From Thermodesulfobacteriota bacterium (GTDB taxonomy: Bacteria > Desulfobacterota > Binatia > UBA9968), in contig DAIRFP010000002.1 of NCBI GenBank assembly GCA_036794995.1, forward strand, positions 2,744 to 57,817: DNA of 55,074 nt. The letters are read 5' to 3'. How positions within the stretch are numbered: the first letter of the stretch is position 1; each line of letters starts with the position of its first letter. The notes beneath the pieces were generated by a model. The model searched no databases. It was not told the origin of the DNA and worked only from the letters and a program-made list of their open reading frames with translations. The translations under genes and the position numbers were made by a program. Shown in pieces: positions 17,769 to 27,036 of the stretch.

Positions 17769-19175
17769 ATGACTCAACCGGTATTGCTGGTCGTGGATGA
17801 TGAGGCTGGGGTGAGACAATCGCTGCAGCTTGTCTTTAACAAGACGTATCGTGTTTTGGAAGCCACGTCCGCCGACGAGGCGATTCAGCGGGTTGCGGAT
17901 GAGAAGCCGGACGTGGTTTTGTTAGACATTGTTATGCCGGGTGCGGACGGTCTGGCCGTACTTAAGCAGATGAGGTCGATTCATGCCGACTGTCAAGTGA
18001 TCATGTTGACCGCGCTGAACACGGCGCGCACGGCTTTTACCGCCAAAGGAACCGGCGCTTTCGATTACGTAACGAAACCGTTCGACGTGGAGGAGTTGCG
18101 CCTGCGAGTAGAGCATGCCTTTGAGAAGGCGAATTTGTTCAGGGAACTAGAACGGTTGAAAGAAGAGGTAGGCCGCAAATACGGAGTCGAGCATATCATT
18201 GGACGCTCCAAGCAGATTATCGATGTGTTCAAGGCGGTTAGCATGGTGGCTGCCAAGAAAAGCACAGTGCTCATCACCGGTGAAAGTGGAACCGGGAAGG
18301 AGCTGATTGCGCGTGCGATTCACTATAATAGTGACCGCCGTTCCAAGCCCTTCGTCGTCGTCAACTGTGCGGCGCTACCCGACACTTTGATCGAGAGTGA
18401 GTTGTTCGGCTACGAAAAGGGCGCCTTTACGAACGCTTCCCAGAAGAAGATCGGGCGCTTCGAACTTGCCCACGGCGGGACCCTTTTTCTCGATGAAATT
18501 GGAGAGCTTAATCTGGGCACCCAAGCCAAGTTTCTACGCGCCATCGAGCAGGAAACCTTTACCCGCCTGGGTGGAACAGACGAGATCAAGGTCGATGTCC
18601 GTGTTATCGCAGCGAGTAATCGCGATCTGGAAACGATGGCCAAAGCGGGGGAGTTTCGACCGGATCTATTTTATCGGCTGAATGTCGTTTCGCTTTTTCT
18701 CCCGGCCCTTAGGGAAAGACCGGAAGACGTAGCGCTGCTCCTGGACCATTTTCTACGGCTCAAGGCTCAGGAACATGCCATGGCGCCTAAGGCCCTGTCT
18801 CCCGAAGTGGTGGATTTTTTTACATCATATTATTGGCCAGGAAATATACGGGAACTGGAGAATCTGATCGAAAGGCTCACGATCCTAACCCCACATGAAA
18901 CCATCATGCTACGGGACCTGCCGGTGGGGATGCGTTCAACGGACCAGACGGCGACACTTAAAGAAGATGTGCTGAGCGGTTCGAGGCCGTTAAGCGAGGC
19001 TGTTGACGAATTTGAACGAGAGCTTATTGTCAAGGCTCTACAGCGAACCGGGTTCAATCAGACCAAGGCAGCTTCTCTACTTGGAACCAGCCGGCGGATT
19101 CTAAAGTACCGGATCGAGAAGCTAAAAATCAACGAGCCCAACGACGGTGGCGAAGAAGTGAAATTATCGCCATAA
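17769..19175 (+). CDS. Sigma54-dependent response regulator (NtrC/Fis family)
   Basis: Receiver (VLLVVDDE, VLLDIVMPGADG, VTKPF). AAA+ domain (GESGTGKE, GAFTNA loop, LFLDEIGEL). C-terminal Fis-type HTH (NQTKAASLLGTSRRILKYRI). An alternative TTG start lies at 17742. Confidence 0.9.
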   Translation: MTQPVLLVVDDEAGVRQSLQLVFNKTYRVLEATSADEAIQRVADEKPDVVLLDIVMPGADGLAVLKQMRSIHADCQVIMLTALNTARTAFTAKGTGAFDYVTKPFDVEELRLRVEHAFEKANLFRELERLKEEVGRKYGVEHIIGRSKQIIDVFKAVSMVAAKKSTVLITGESGTGKELIARAIHYNSDRRSKPFVVVNCAALPDTLIESELFGYEKGAFTNASQKKIGRFELAHGGTLFLDEIGELNLGTQAKFLRAIEQETFTRLGGTDEIKVDVRVIAASNRDLETMAKAGEFRPDLFYRLNVVSLFLPALRERPEDVALLLDHFLRLKAQEHAMAPKALSPEVVDFFTSYYWPGNIRELENLIERLTILTPHETIMLRDLPVGMRSTDQTATLKEDVLSGSRPLSEAVDEFERELIVKALQRTGFNQTKAASLLGTSRRILKYRIEKLKINEPNDGGEEVKLSP

Positions 19176-19295
19176 TTGGACAAAATTGTTCTCTTAGCTC
19201 TCTCTATTCCTTTCCTTGGCGTAAAATTACGCTTGTAAATTCGCAATTTGGCTTTTTATGGCCAAATGGCATGCTCCTTGCTCAAATTCAATGGT

Positions 19296-20417
19296 ATGGA
19301 TTCAAGCAAGCCCCATATCCTTGTAGTCGACGATGAGATGGGTCCGAGAGAATCATTGAAGATGATTCTCAACCCCTATTATAACGTGCATGTTGCGGAG
19401 CGCGGTGGCCAAGCCATTGAAATGCTCGCAAAGTTGCCAGTCGATCTCGTGACGGTGGATCTAAAAATGCCCGGGTTTACGGGCATCAACGTGCTCGAAA
19501 AATTGAAAGAATACGATCCAGATATCGAAGCGATCATTATTACCGGATATGGATCCCTCGACACCGCTATCGAAGGGTTACGGCTTGGTGCGTTCGACTA
19601 TATTTCTAAACCTTTTGACGTAAATCATATTCTATCCCTGGTTCGCCGCGGACTTGAGCGCCGGAGTGCGAAGACGAAGTTAAGACAGGTCAAGTCCGAT
19701 TTTCTCTCCAACGTATCGCATGAGCTGAGAACACCTCTCAGTGTGGTCGTGGGATTCGTCTACCTGCTCTTGAACCAGGTGATCGGCAAACTTTCTGAGG
19801 AACAACAGAAAGTATTGGAAACGGTGTATCGCAATTCCGAGGAACTATTGGAGCTCATTGATAACGTGCTTTGGATGACGTCGCTAAACGCAGGCGATGC
19901 CGCAGCGACCATGGAGAAATTCGATGGTTGCGAAGTCGTCCGTGAAGCAGTCAAGCGATACGAGCGTATCCTGCGCGAGAAGGGACTCACACTTTCGGTG
20001 GAAATGGCCGATACAGGAATGTCAATTGTCAGCGATCGTTCCAAGGTCGAGAGGATCTTTCAGAACGTTTTCAATAACGCGATCAAGTTCACGTATCAGG
20101 GAGAAATCAAAGTCAGGGCTCGTCCCACGGCCGATGACTCGAGCATCGAGTTCGATGTTGTAGACACAGGGATTGGTATCGAAAAAAACAAGATGGACTC
20201 GATCTTCGAGCCATTTCAGCAGGTCGATACATCGGCCCATCGTTCGTTTTCGGGACTCGGTTTGGGGCTGACTGTCGCGCGCCGGATGGCTGAACTCATC
20301 GGTGGCACGTTAGAAATCAGCAGTGAGGCTCGCAAAGGCACGCGGGTCCTGATGAAATTCCCCTCCCAGACGGGCGCCGCGGCGCCGCTGGTGACCGAGC
20401 AGCGCAAGTATGGGTAG
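19296..20417 (+). CDS. Receiver-histidine kinase fusion (REC-HisKA-HATPase)
   Basis: HILVVDDE, TVDLKMPGFTG, ISKPF, then H-box FLSNVSHELRTPLS, NVFNNAIKFT, VVDTGIGI, GLGLGLTV. The ORF track opens at TTG 19248. The ATG at 19296 gives a canonical receiver N-terminus. Confidence 0.85.
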   Translation: MDSSKPHILVVDDEMGPRESLKMILNPYYNVHVAERGGQAIEMLAKLPVDLVTVDLKMPGFTGINVLEKLKEYDPDIEAIIITGYGSLDTAIEGLRLGAFDYISKPFDVNHILSLVRRGLERRSAKTKLRQVKSDFLSNVSHELRTPLSVVVGFVYLLLNQVIGKLSEEQQKVLETVYRNSEELLELIDNVLWMTSLNAGDAAATMEKFDGCEVVREAVKRYERILREKGLTLSVEMADTGMSIVSDRSKVERIFQNVFNNAIKFTYQGEIKVRARPTADDSSIEFDVVDTGIGIEKNKMDSIFEPFQQVDTSAHRSFSGLGLGLTVARRMAELIGGTLEISSEARKGTRVLMKFPSQTGAAAPLVTEQRKYG

Positions 20418-21114
20418 CGAAAAGTTTATCCGATGCTGTTTCTGTGATGTCCTTCATCACGTTTCCCGATTCGATAAAGCTCCCACCTATTCTCTTGTAG
20501 GCAATGAATTCGAAGAGCGGGACACCGATGATTGGCGGTTGTTTATGGAACAACACGTCGGTCATCGTCTGGAGCCTCTAAAGGCTACCGGAGAGAAGTT
20601 CTTCGCTCGGGGCGCGCCATTGGACCCGATGGCTGTAGGCTACATTGAAGTGACCAATGGTCAAGACCGCCATCTCGTGCGCCGTGCGCGGACGAGTGTT
20701 CAGGAGCCCGTGGAATACGAATTAGTTCGCGGATACTTGGCGGAGGCTGATCTAACCGTCGAGGTTCAAGCACGGGAAATCAAGAAAGAAATGAAAATCC
20801 ACTTTTCTTGGGCGCCAGCGAGCTGCCCCGATGATGACAAAATCGACATCTTCGTTGGGTTGCTCAAGGAAGTTGTCAAAAGCCTCGATCCGCGCCGGAT
20901 CCGAGTGTGCGGATATTCGTATACGGACGATGCCGTCTCTTACGGTGCCTTGGATGGTGCTGCTTTACAGCTGCTCACGGAGAGATGTTCCCGCTGCTTT
21001 TCGCCTGTGGAATTAACGTCGATTCGTCGGTTTGTGGAAGCGCACGGCAACGGGTGCGACGTTATGACGGTGCTGTTGCGTCGTCGCTTGATAATCGAAC
21101 AGGCTGCTTGCTAG
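20410..21114 (+). CDS. Hypothetical protein, Cys/His-rich N-terminus, no family recognised
   Basis: 234-aa ORF. Its ATG overlaps the stop of the upstream kinase (ATGGGTAG, 8-nt overlap). The N-terminus reads IRCCFCDVLHH...EQHVGH and the C-terminus carries CSRC and GNGC. Confidence 0.6.
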   Translation: MGSEKFIRCCFCDVLHHVSRFDKAPTYSLVGNEFEERDTDDWRLFMEQHVGHRLEPLKATGEKFFARGAPLDPMAVGYIEVTNGQDRHLVRRARTSVQEPVEYELVRGYLAEADLTVEVQAREIKKEMKIHFSWAPASCPDDDKIDIFVGLLKEVVKSLDPRRIRVCGYSYTDDAVSYGALDGAALQLLTERCSRCFSPVELTSIRRFVEAHGNGCDVMTVLLRRRLIIEQAAC

Positions 21115-21336
21115 TCGAAGGGTCTGAGTTGTCGACACAGAGTGTGTCGCAATCCTATACGTCCGTTAGTGCCTGACGTGGACGTTGCCATCCATGAGCA
21201 ACCGGGCTGTGCCGCTGGTGCCGCCTCGGTAAATTGCGCATGAAAATTTCACAGAGACTCTCCTCATAATCTTTCCTAAAGTTACGTTCTGTTGACGTAT
21301 AAGCTTTTTATCGACCTTACAAACTCGCTGTGGTGG

Positions 21337-21882
21337 CTATTCCTCGACTATAACTTCATCCGTCTTATCCACTTCCTTGAGTTTGACCGACACTTTCCCT
21401 TGGGCCGGGAGCGCCAGTTTCTTGCCCACGTAGTTGGCGGCGATGGGGAGCTCCCGGCCACCGCGGTCGATTATGACCGCCAGGTGAATTATCCTGGGGC
21501 GCCCGAGGTCGATCAGGTGATCCACAGCGGCGCGCACAGTCCTACCCGTGTTTAAAACATCATCGAAGAGGACAATAATCTTATTGCCGATGTCGAAGGG
21601 TATCCGAGTGTGATCGATGGTTCCGCCAGGCAAAAGAGCGTTCAGGTCATCGCGGTATAGCGTGATATCCATTTCCCCCACCGGAATTTCCTTGCCATAA
21701 CGTTTTTTGATTATTTCGGCCAGCCGTTTAGCTACGTAGGGGCCGCGCGTGCGTACCCCGATAAAAACCACCTGATCGAGGGTGCCGTATTGCCGTGACA
21801 GCTCTCTCACGAATCGCTCAAAAATCGCGTTGATCTGGACCGCGTTGAGAAGCCGTCTTTTCTTTGTTTTAGAGGGGTTCAT
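21337..21882 (-). CDS. pyrR: Bifunctional pyrimidine operon regulator / uracil phosphoribosyltransferase PyrR
   Basis: VFIGVRTRGPYVAKRL, ITLYRDDL, and the PRPP motif IIVLFDDVLNTGRTVRAA. Length 181 aa. Confidence 0.9.
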   Translation of the reverse strand: MNPSKTKKRRLLNAVQINAIFERFVRELSRQYGTLDQVVFIGVRTRGPYVAKRLAEIIKKRYGKEIPVGEMDITLYRDDLNALLPGGTIDHTRIPFDIGNKIIVLFDDVLNTGRTVRAAVDHLIDLGRPRIIHLAVIIDRGGRELPIAANYVGKKLALPAQGKVSVKLKEVDKTDEVIVEE

Positions 21883-23167
21883 TGGCGACTCGAATGATGG
21901 TTTTCATCAGTAGTTGGGCCCCGAGCGCAATGTCCGCTGGATGAGTCCACTCGAGTGGATTGTGACTGATGCCGCGCCGGCTTGGCACGAAAATCATACC
22001 AGCGGGCGTAATCTTTGCCATCTGCATGGCATCGTGCCCAGCGCCGGACGGCATGATTTCATAATCGATTCCTGCTTCATCGCAGATTGCCCGTGTGACT
22101 CGGAGCAATGGTTTATTCAGCGGCACCGGATTCTCGTCGCGGATTGTCAGAACCTCGACTCTGATGCCCCGTTCGCTCGCGATCGCGCGGGCTCGATCTT
22201 TGACCATGCGCGCCACCCGGTCTTTCGACTGGGCCGAGGTGCTACGGATGTCGACGGATAATTCTGCTTTGCCGGGCACGGCATTGATCACCCCCGGTTC
22301 AATTGTCATTGCGCCAACGGTGCCCACGACGCGGCCCCTATCCATTGAGGAATATTTTTGGCAAACCTTTTCAACGTACGCGATCAATAGCGCCGAGGCG
22401 ACGAGAGCGTCTTTCCGCATGCCCATCGGCGTAGTGCCGGAGTGATCGGCTTGCCCTCGGAAGATGACTTTGAAGCGGCTCGGCGCGGCGATAGAAGTAA
22501 CGAGACCGATCCGTTTCCGTTTTCCCTCAAGAATAGGGCCTTGCTCGATATGGAGCTCCAGGTAGGCCTTCAAACTTTTTGGAGCACGCGCCAGGCGCCG
22601 CAAACCTGGTTGAGAAATACCCAAGCTGGACAGCACGTCGGACAATTTTGTGCCTTGAGGATCCACTGCGTTCGTTAAGTCTTTGAGATGCAGTTCCCCT
22701 GCGACCAGGCTGCTGCCGAGCGTGGAAAAACCGAAACGACTCGACTCTTCGCCGACGAAGCAGACCACTTCCAGGGGGGCGTGCACCGGAATATGGTTCT
22801 CGTTAATGGTTCGCACCGCTTCGAGGGCGCCGATTACGCCTACGGGTCCGTCGTACTTGCCGCCATGAATTACCGTGTCGAGATGCGAGCCGGCCAAAAC
22901 CGCGGGCGCTTTGGGATCGCTACCGTCTAGGCGGCCGAAGATATTGCCAATAGCGTCGATGTGAATCTTGAGTCCCGCCTGGCGCATCAAGTGAATCAAT
23001 AACTGACGGCTGCGAAGCTCTTTGATTGAAAAAACCAATCGCGTGACAGAGCCATGGTCACCGATGCCAATGCGGGAGACGGCATTGAGGTCCCGCATCA
23101 GCCGGCGCTTACTGATTGCGATAGGCTGAAAAAGACGTGATGCAGGGAAACCGTGCTGTGACTTCAC
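21869..23167 (-). CDS. M20-family carbamoyl-amidohydrolase (allantoate amidohydrolase / N-carbamoyl-amino-acid hydrolase / beta-ureidopropionase type)
   Basis: IDAIGNIFGRLDGSDP...LAGSHLDTVIHGGKYDGPVGV is typical of this family. Its 3-prime end overlaps the pyrR start by 14 nt. Confidence 0.85.
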   Translation of the reverse strand: MKSQHGFPASRLFQPIAISKRRLMRDLNAVSRIGIGDHGSVTRLVFSIKELRSRQLLIHLMRQAGLKIHIDAIGNIFGRLDGSDPKAPAVLAGSHLDTVIHGGKYDGPVGVIGALEAVRTINENHIPVHAPLEVVCFVGEESSRFGFSTLGSSLVAGELHLKDLTNAVDPQGTKLSDVLSSLGISQPGLRRLARAPKSLKAYLELHIEQGPILEGKRKRIGLVTSIAAPSRFKVIFRGQADHSGTTPMGMRKDALVASALLIAYVEKVCQKYSSMDRGRVVGTVGAMTIEPGVINAVPGKAELSVDIRSTSAQSKDRVARMVKDRARAIASERGIRVEVLTIRDENPVPLNKPLLRVTRAICDEAGIDYEIMPSGAGHDAMQMAKITPAGMIFVPSRRGISHNPLEWTHPADIALGAQLLMKTIIRVANEPL

Positions 23168-23290
23168 CCGAGCATTCTACCAGTTTAGCTTCGTGAGAAA
23201 AACTGGGACTATTGATTCTATTCCAAGTTGGAAATAGCGCAAAGGCTATGTTATAGGCAGCGTATTCGAGAAATTTGAGAGGGTTCTCCA

Positions 23291-23959
23291 TTGAGCGACG
23301 TTGCCCAGAAAATTGCCGAAATGCTGCTTCAGACCGAAGCCATTCAAGTTTATAAAAATCAACCATTTGTTTTCGTGTCAGGTCGCATTTCGCCCGTGTA
23401 TATCGATTGCCGCAGGCTCTTGTCGTTTCCCCACGAGCGTGAATACATCGTGAGTCAACTCGCCATGAAAACCGAGCACGAAATCGGAGTGAATAACATC
23501 GATGTGGTTGCAGGAGGAGAGACCGCGGGCATTCCTTATGCTTCCTTTGTCTCCCATCTCATCAAAAAACCGATGATCTATATTCGAAAGCAACCCAAGG
23601 GATATGGTGGCACGAAGCAGATCGAAGGCATTCTTGAAGCTGGAAAGAGAGTATTGTTGGTTGAAGATTTGATCACGGATGGACTTAGCAAATTGCGCTT
23701 TAATATCGGTATCCGCGCGGCCGGCGCAAAGATGACCCACTGTCTCTGCGTCTTCGACTACGCGTCCGACCGATTGAATCAGCATGAAGGCCGAGACAAC
23801 CTCGCAAAGAATGACATCGGATTACACGTGCTGGCGAACTGGGACGACGTTTTGGATACGGGTATCGGCAAGAACTACTTCACGGAAGAACAAAACAAGC
23901 AGATTATCGAATTCCTCAAGGATCCCGAGAACTGGGGCCGTAAGATGGGGTTTGTATAA
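23291..23959 (+). CDS. pyrE: Orotate phosphoribosyltransferase
   Basis: FVFVSGRISPVYIDCRRL and the PRPP motif VLLVEDLITDG. TTG start preceded by GAGAGGG. Confidence 0.85.
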   Translation: MSDVAQKIAEMLLQTEAIQVYKNQPFVFVSGRISPVYIDCRRLLSFPHEREYIVSQLAMKTEHEIGVNNIDVVAGGETAGIPYASFVSHLIKKPMIYIRKQPKGYGGTKQIEGILEAGKRVLLVEDLITDGLSKLRFNIGIRAAGAKMTHCLCVFDYASDRLNQHEGRDNLAKNDIGLHVLANWDDVLDTGIGKNYFTEEQNKQIIEFLKDPENWGRKMGFV

Positions 23960-24111
23960 GGCCGGTAAAGGACGCCCATCGAGTTGAGCCGCTCGATTCC
24001 TTTCATTCAGAACTGGCGCTTCCAAAGGACTTGATCAGTCCAATCGGCTTGATTTAACGGGTTCAAATCACGGCAAGTCGATCGTAGTTCTAAGCTCCGC
24101 CGAGGTAAGTT

Positions 24112-25584
24112 TTGAAGACGTTGATCCGTAATACCCTTATTGTGACGTTGAACGAGCAAAACGATGTCATCGAAAACGGCTCCATCGTTATCGACGGCAG
24201 CCGAATGACTTATGTCGGTCCATCAGATTGGACTCCTCCTGGCCCGTTTGATCTAGCGATTGACGGAGATCGGATGATCGCCATGCCGGGTATGGTGAAT
24301 GCTCACTGCCATTCCCCGGCAAACCTCGTGCGCGGCATGATGCCGAGCAAGCCGTTGGAGATTTGGCGCGCACACTACCGGGCGTCATTGCGCGGGATGA
24401 GAGACGATGACTTTTATGCCAGCGCGCTGCTCGGCGGGATGGAAATGCTCAAGAACGGTGCCACTACTGTTCTTGATCACTTTTTCGGCAATCAGGCTTG
24501 TCGCTTTATGGGCGCCGGCGCTGCCATTCAAGCGATGCGGGATCTCGGTCTCCGGCACGTTGTATCGCTGACGCTTTCCGACAAGAACTACGAGGAGACG
24601 TTGCCGTTGGCGGAAAGCGCTGCAACAGTCAACCAAGAGATCAAACTCATGAGCCAAAGCGAGGCAAAGGAGACTCAGGCGTGGCTCGACGAGTGTGAGG
24701 CCTTTATCGGTGTTTTTCACAATCCAGAGAAGTTAACGACCTGTTGCCCGGGTCCGTCGGCGGTTCAGCGTTGTACGGACGAGCTTCTTAAAGGTTCGGC
24801 AGAAATCGCGCGAAAAGGAAACCTGCCGATGCATATTCATCTCGCCGAAACCAAGGCTCAGCAGGTGATGGGTCAACAGTTGTATCGACAGTCACTACTT
24901 AAACACTTGGATGTGCTCGGTGTGTTAGATTCCAATCTTTCGCTGGCGCACTCGATTTGGATCGAACCTGAGGATATCGAGCTTCTTGCCAAGCGGTGCG
25001 CAACTCCAGTGCACAATCCCGCGAGCAACTTGCGTATCGGTAGTGGCTTAGCCCCGGTTCGGGGGTTTCTTGCGGCCGGAGTCAACGTGGCGCTCGGCAC
25101 AGACGGTGCTGCTTCCAACGATGGACAGAACATGTTCGACGCCCTCCGACTGGCAGCGCTTATTCACAATCAAGCCGGGAGCGACTTTAACCAATGGGTG
25201 ACACCCCTGCAGGCGTTGGTGATGGCGACCCGCAACGGTGCACGAGCGTTCGGACTTGATGCAGGAGTGCTGGCACCGGGAAAACTCGCGGATCTGGTTC
25301 TTCTGCGCCGCGACACTACCGCTTTCACGCCGCTGAACGACGTGATAAGTCAACTCGTTTTCTGCCAGAATGGGAGCTCCGTCGATACCGTGATCGTAAA
25401 CGGGGAAATCGTTGTGGAAGACGGGCGGTTAAAGAAAGTCGATCAACAAGAAGTTCTCGGCTTAGCCGTCAAAGCCCGCGAGCGGCTGAATCCTTCCATC
25501 GCAACCGAAATGGCCGCGGCAAAAACTATGGAGCCCACGTTGGCGGAGATGTATTTTCGGCTGTTTGACAAGGATGCGCGTTAG
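24112..25584 (+). CDS. Metal-dependent amidohydrolase/deaminase, TRZ/ATZ (MtaD, guanine/cytosine-deaminase-like) family
   Basis: N-terminal IRNTLIVTLN...ENGSIVIDG. Metal-binding MPGMVNAHCHS, HIHLAET and LGTDGAASND. TTG start. Confidence 0.8.
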   Translation: MKTLIRNTLIVTLNEQNDVIENGSIVIDGSRMTYVGPSDWTPPGPFDLAIDGDRMIAMPGMVNAHCHSPANLVRGMMPSKPLEIWRAHYRASLRGMRDDDFYASALLGGMEMLKNGATTVLDHFFGNQACRFMGAGAAIQAMRDLGLRHVVSLTLSDKNYEETLPLAESAATVNQEIKLMSQSEAKETQAWLDECEAFIGVFHNPEKLTTCCPGPSAVQRCTDELLKGSAEIARKGNLPMHIHLAETKAQQVMGQQLYRQSLLKHLDVLGVLDSNLSLAHSIWIEPEDIELLAKRCATPVHNPASNLRIGSGLAPVRGFLAAGVNVALGTDGAASNDGQNMFDALRLAALIHNQAGSDFNQWVTPLQALVMATRNGARAFGLDAGVLAPGKLADLVLLRRDTTAFTPLNDVISQLVFCQNGSSVDTVIVNGEIVVEDGRLKKVDQQEVLGLAVKARERLNPSIATEMAAAKTMEPTLAEMYFRLFDKDAR

Positions 25585-25624
25585 CCGAATCATTAGAGGT
25601 TTACAAATCGAGTCCCTTTCGCCG

Positions 25625-27025
25625 TTACAGCACTGGTCTTTGCTTGTGCCAGGGGGTGGCCTGCTCATAAGTATAAGCGACCCGAAACGCGGTGGTTTCT
25701 TGGAATGGCTGAGCGACGATCTGGAGTCCCACCGGAAGTTCGCTCTGCGTGAATCCGCACGGCACTGAAATCGCGGGTAATCCCGTGAGGTTGAAAGGGT
25801 TGGTAAAGCTCGGACGAAGATTTTGCTCGTCCGGATCCATGCTTTCGAAGACCTCTGGCGGGCGCGGAACCGTCGGGGTGGCGAAAATATCGACGCGGGA
25901 GAAGTTAGCATGAATCTGCCGGTTCAGGACTGTCCGGGCTCGCTGCGCGGTGATGTAATCGGCCGCGCTCAAAAATGCTCCTTCAAGGATTCGGTTTCTC
26001 ACAGAAGTACCGAACTTCTCCGGCGCCTCTTGAAGCCGTTTTTCGTGGTATGCATAAGCTTCCGCGACCAGCAGGGTTTGATTGGCTTTACGAGCGATGG
26101 AAAACGGCTGTCCATCGAGCTCGACAATGATCCCACCGAGATCTGCTAGCGTCTTGAGAGCATTGTTGAAGACCGATTCGGTTTCCGGCTCCGTTCCCCT
26201 TTTTTCAGTGAACCAATTGGCGCGCGGCACGCCGATTCTTAAGCCCTTGATTCCTTTCTTCAAGTCAGAGCTGAAGTCGGGAACCGGGAGATCGATGGAG
26301 GCGGGGTCTGAGGCGTCATAGCCGGCAATGGCTTGAAGCAGAAGTGCGCAATCCTCCACGCTGCGAGCCATCGGTCCGGCGTGGTCCAAAGACCAGCTGA
26401 GGGGAACCAGGCCGCAACGGCTGACTCGGCCGTAGGTCGGTTTGATGCCCACTATCCCGCAATGAGACGATGGCGCTCGAATGGAGCCACCCGTGTCGGA
26501 GCCCAGGGAGCCGTAGCACAGGCCGGCAGCTAGGGCGGCACCGGAACCGCTGCTCGAGCCTCCGGGAATGTGCGCCGTATTCCACGGATTACGAACGGCA
26601 GGAAACGGAGCATCGATCGACGGTCCACCGAAAGCGAATTCGTGCATGCCTAACTTGCCGAGCAATACTGTGCCTGCTGCACGAAGTTTCGTTACGGTGG
26701 TCGCGTCCTGATCGGGCACCCAGTCCTGCAAGACGGCAGAATGGCACGTAGTGCGAATTCCTTTGGTCGCGTAAAGGTCTTTGAGGCCGATGGGAATGCC
26801 ATGAAGTGGACCCCTATTCGTGCCGCTGTTGATTTCTTGTTCTGCTGTTTTGGCTTGTTCAAGTGCCAGCTCCGCCGTGACGGTGATGAAGCTATGCAGT
26901 TTGTCGTCGATGGACTCAATCCTATTGAGGCAGGCTTGGACAAGTTCGACCGGGGAAACCGCCTTGCGTCTCAATTGGTCCGCCGCTTCCGTAATGCTGA
27001 GATAGGGCAACTCGTTCGGTGCCAT
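25625..27025 (-). CDS. Amidase-signature family amidase (GatA/AtzE-like)
   Basis: GIPIGLKDL and the GGSSSGSGAALAAG signature. 466 aa. It starts 12 nt after the small GatC-like ORF. Confidence 0.85.
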   Translation of the reverse strand: MAPNELPYLSITEAADQLRRKAVSPVELVQACLNRIESIDDKLHSFITVTAELALEQAKTAEQEINSGTNRGPLHGIPIGLKDLYATKGIRTTCHSAVLQDWVPDQDATTVTKLRAAGTVLLGKLGMHEFAFGGPSIDAPFPAVRNPWNTAHIPGGSSSGSGAALAAGLCYGSLGSDTGGSIRAPSSHCGIVGIKPTYGRVSRCGLVPLSWSLDHAGPMARSVEDCALLLQAIAGYDASDPASIDLPVPDFSSDLKKGIKGLRIGVPRANWFTEKRGTEPETESVFNNALKTLADLGGIIVELDGQPFSIARKANQTLLVAEAYAYHEKRLQEAPEKFGTSVRNRILEGAFLSAADYITAQRARTVLNRQIHANFSRVDIFATPTVPRPPEVFESMDPDEQNLRPSFTNPFNLTGLPAISVPCGFTQSELPVGLQIVAQPFQETTAFRVAYTYEQATPWHKQRPVL

Positions 27026-27036
27026 AGATTTACTAT

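Noticed and set aside
13720-19175. Calling the 7TM-GAF kinase and the sigma54 activator PrsK/PrsR (PEP-CTERM system regulators).
   Set aside because: Only the general architecture matches. The pair is interrupted by another gene, and no exosortase, PEP-CTERM or EPS genes are in the window. The call needs the TIGRFAM models to decide, so I kept it as a hypothesis only.
19213-19262. Sigma54 -24/-12 promoter candidates upstream of the receiver-kinase gene: TTGGCGTAAAATTACGCTT and TTTGGCTTTTTATGGCC.
   Set aside because: The GG-to-GC spacing is off by one nucleotide in each case (13 and 11 instead of 12), and the -12 element does not read TTGC.
21168-21269. 33-codon minus-strand ORF (MRRVSVKFSCAIYRGGTSGT...) with AGGA upstream, in the non-coding gap after pyrR.
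   Set aside because: It is very short and has no recognisable motif. ORFs of this size are expected by chance at this base composition.
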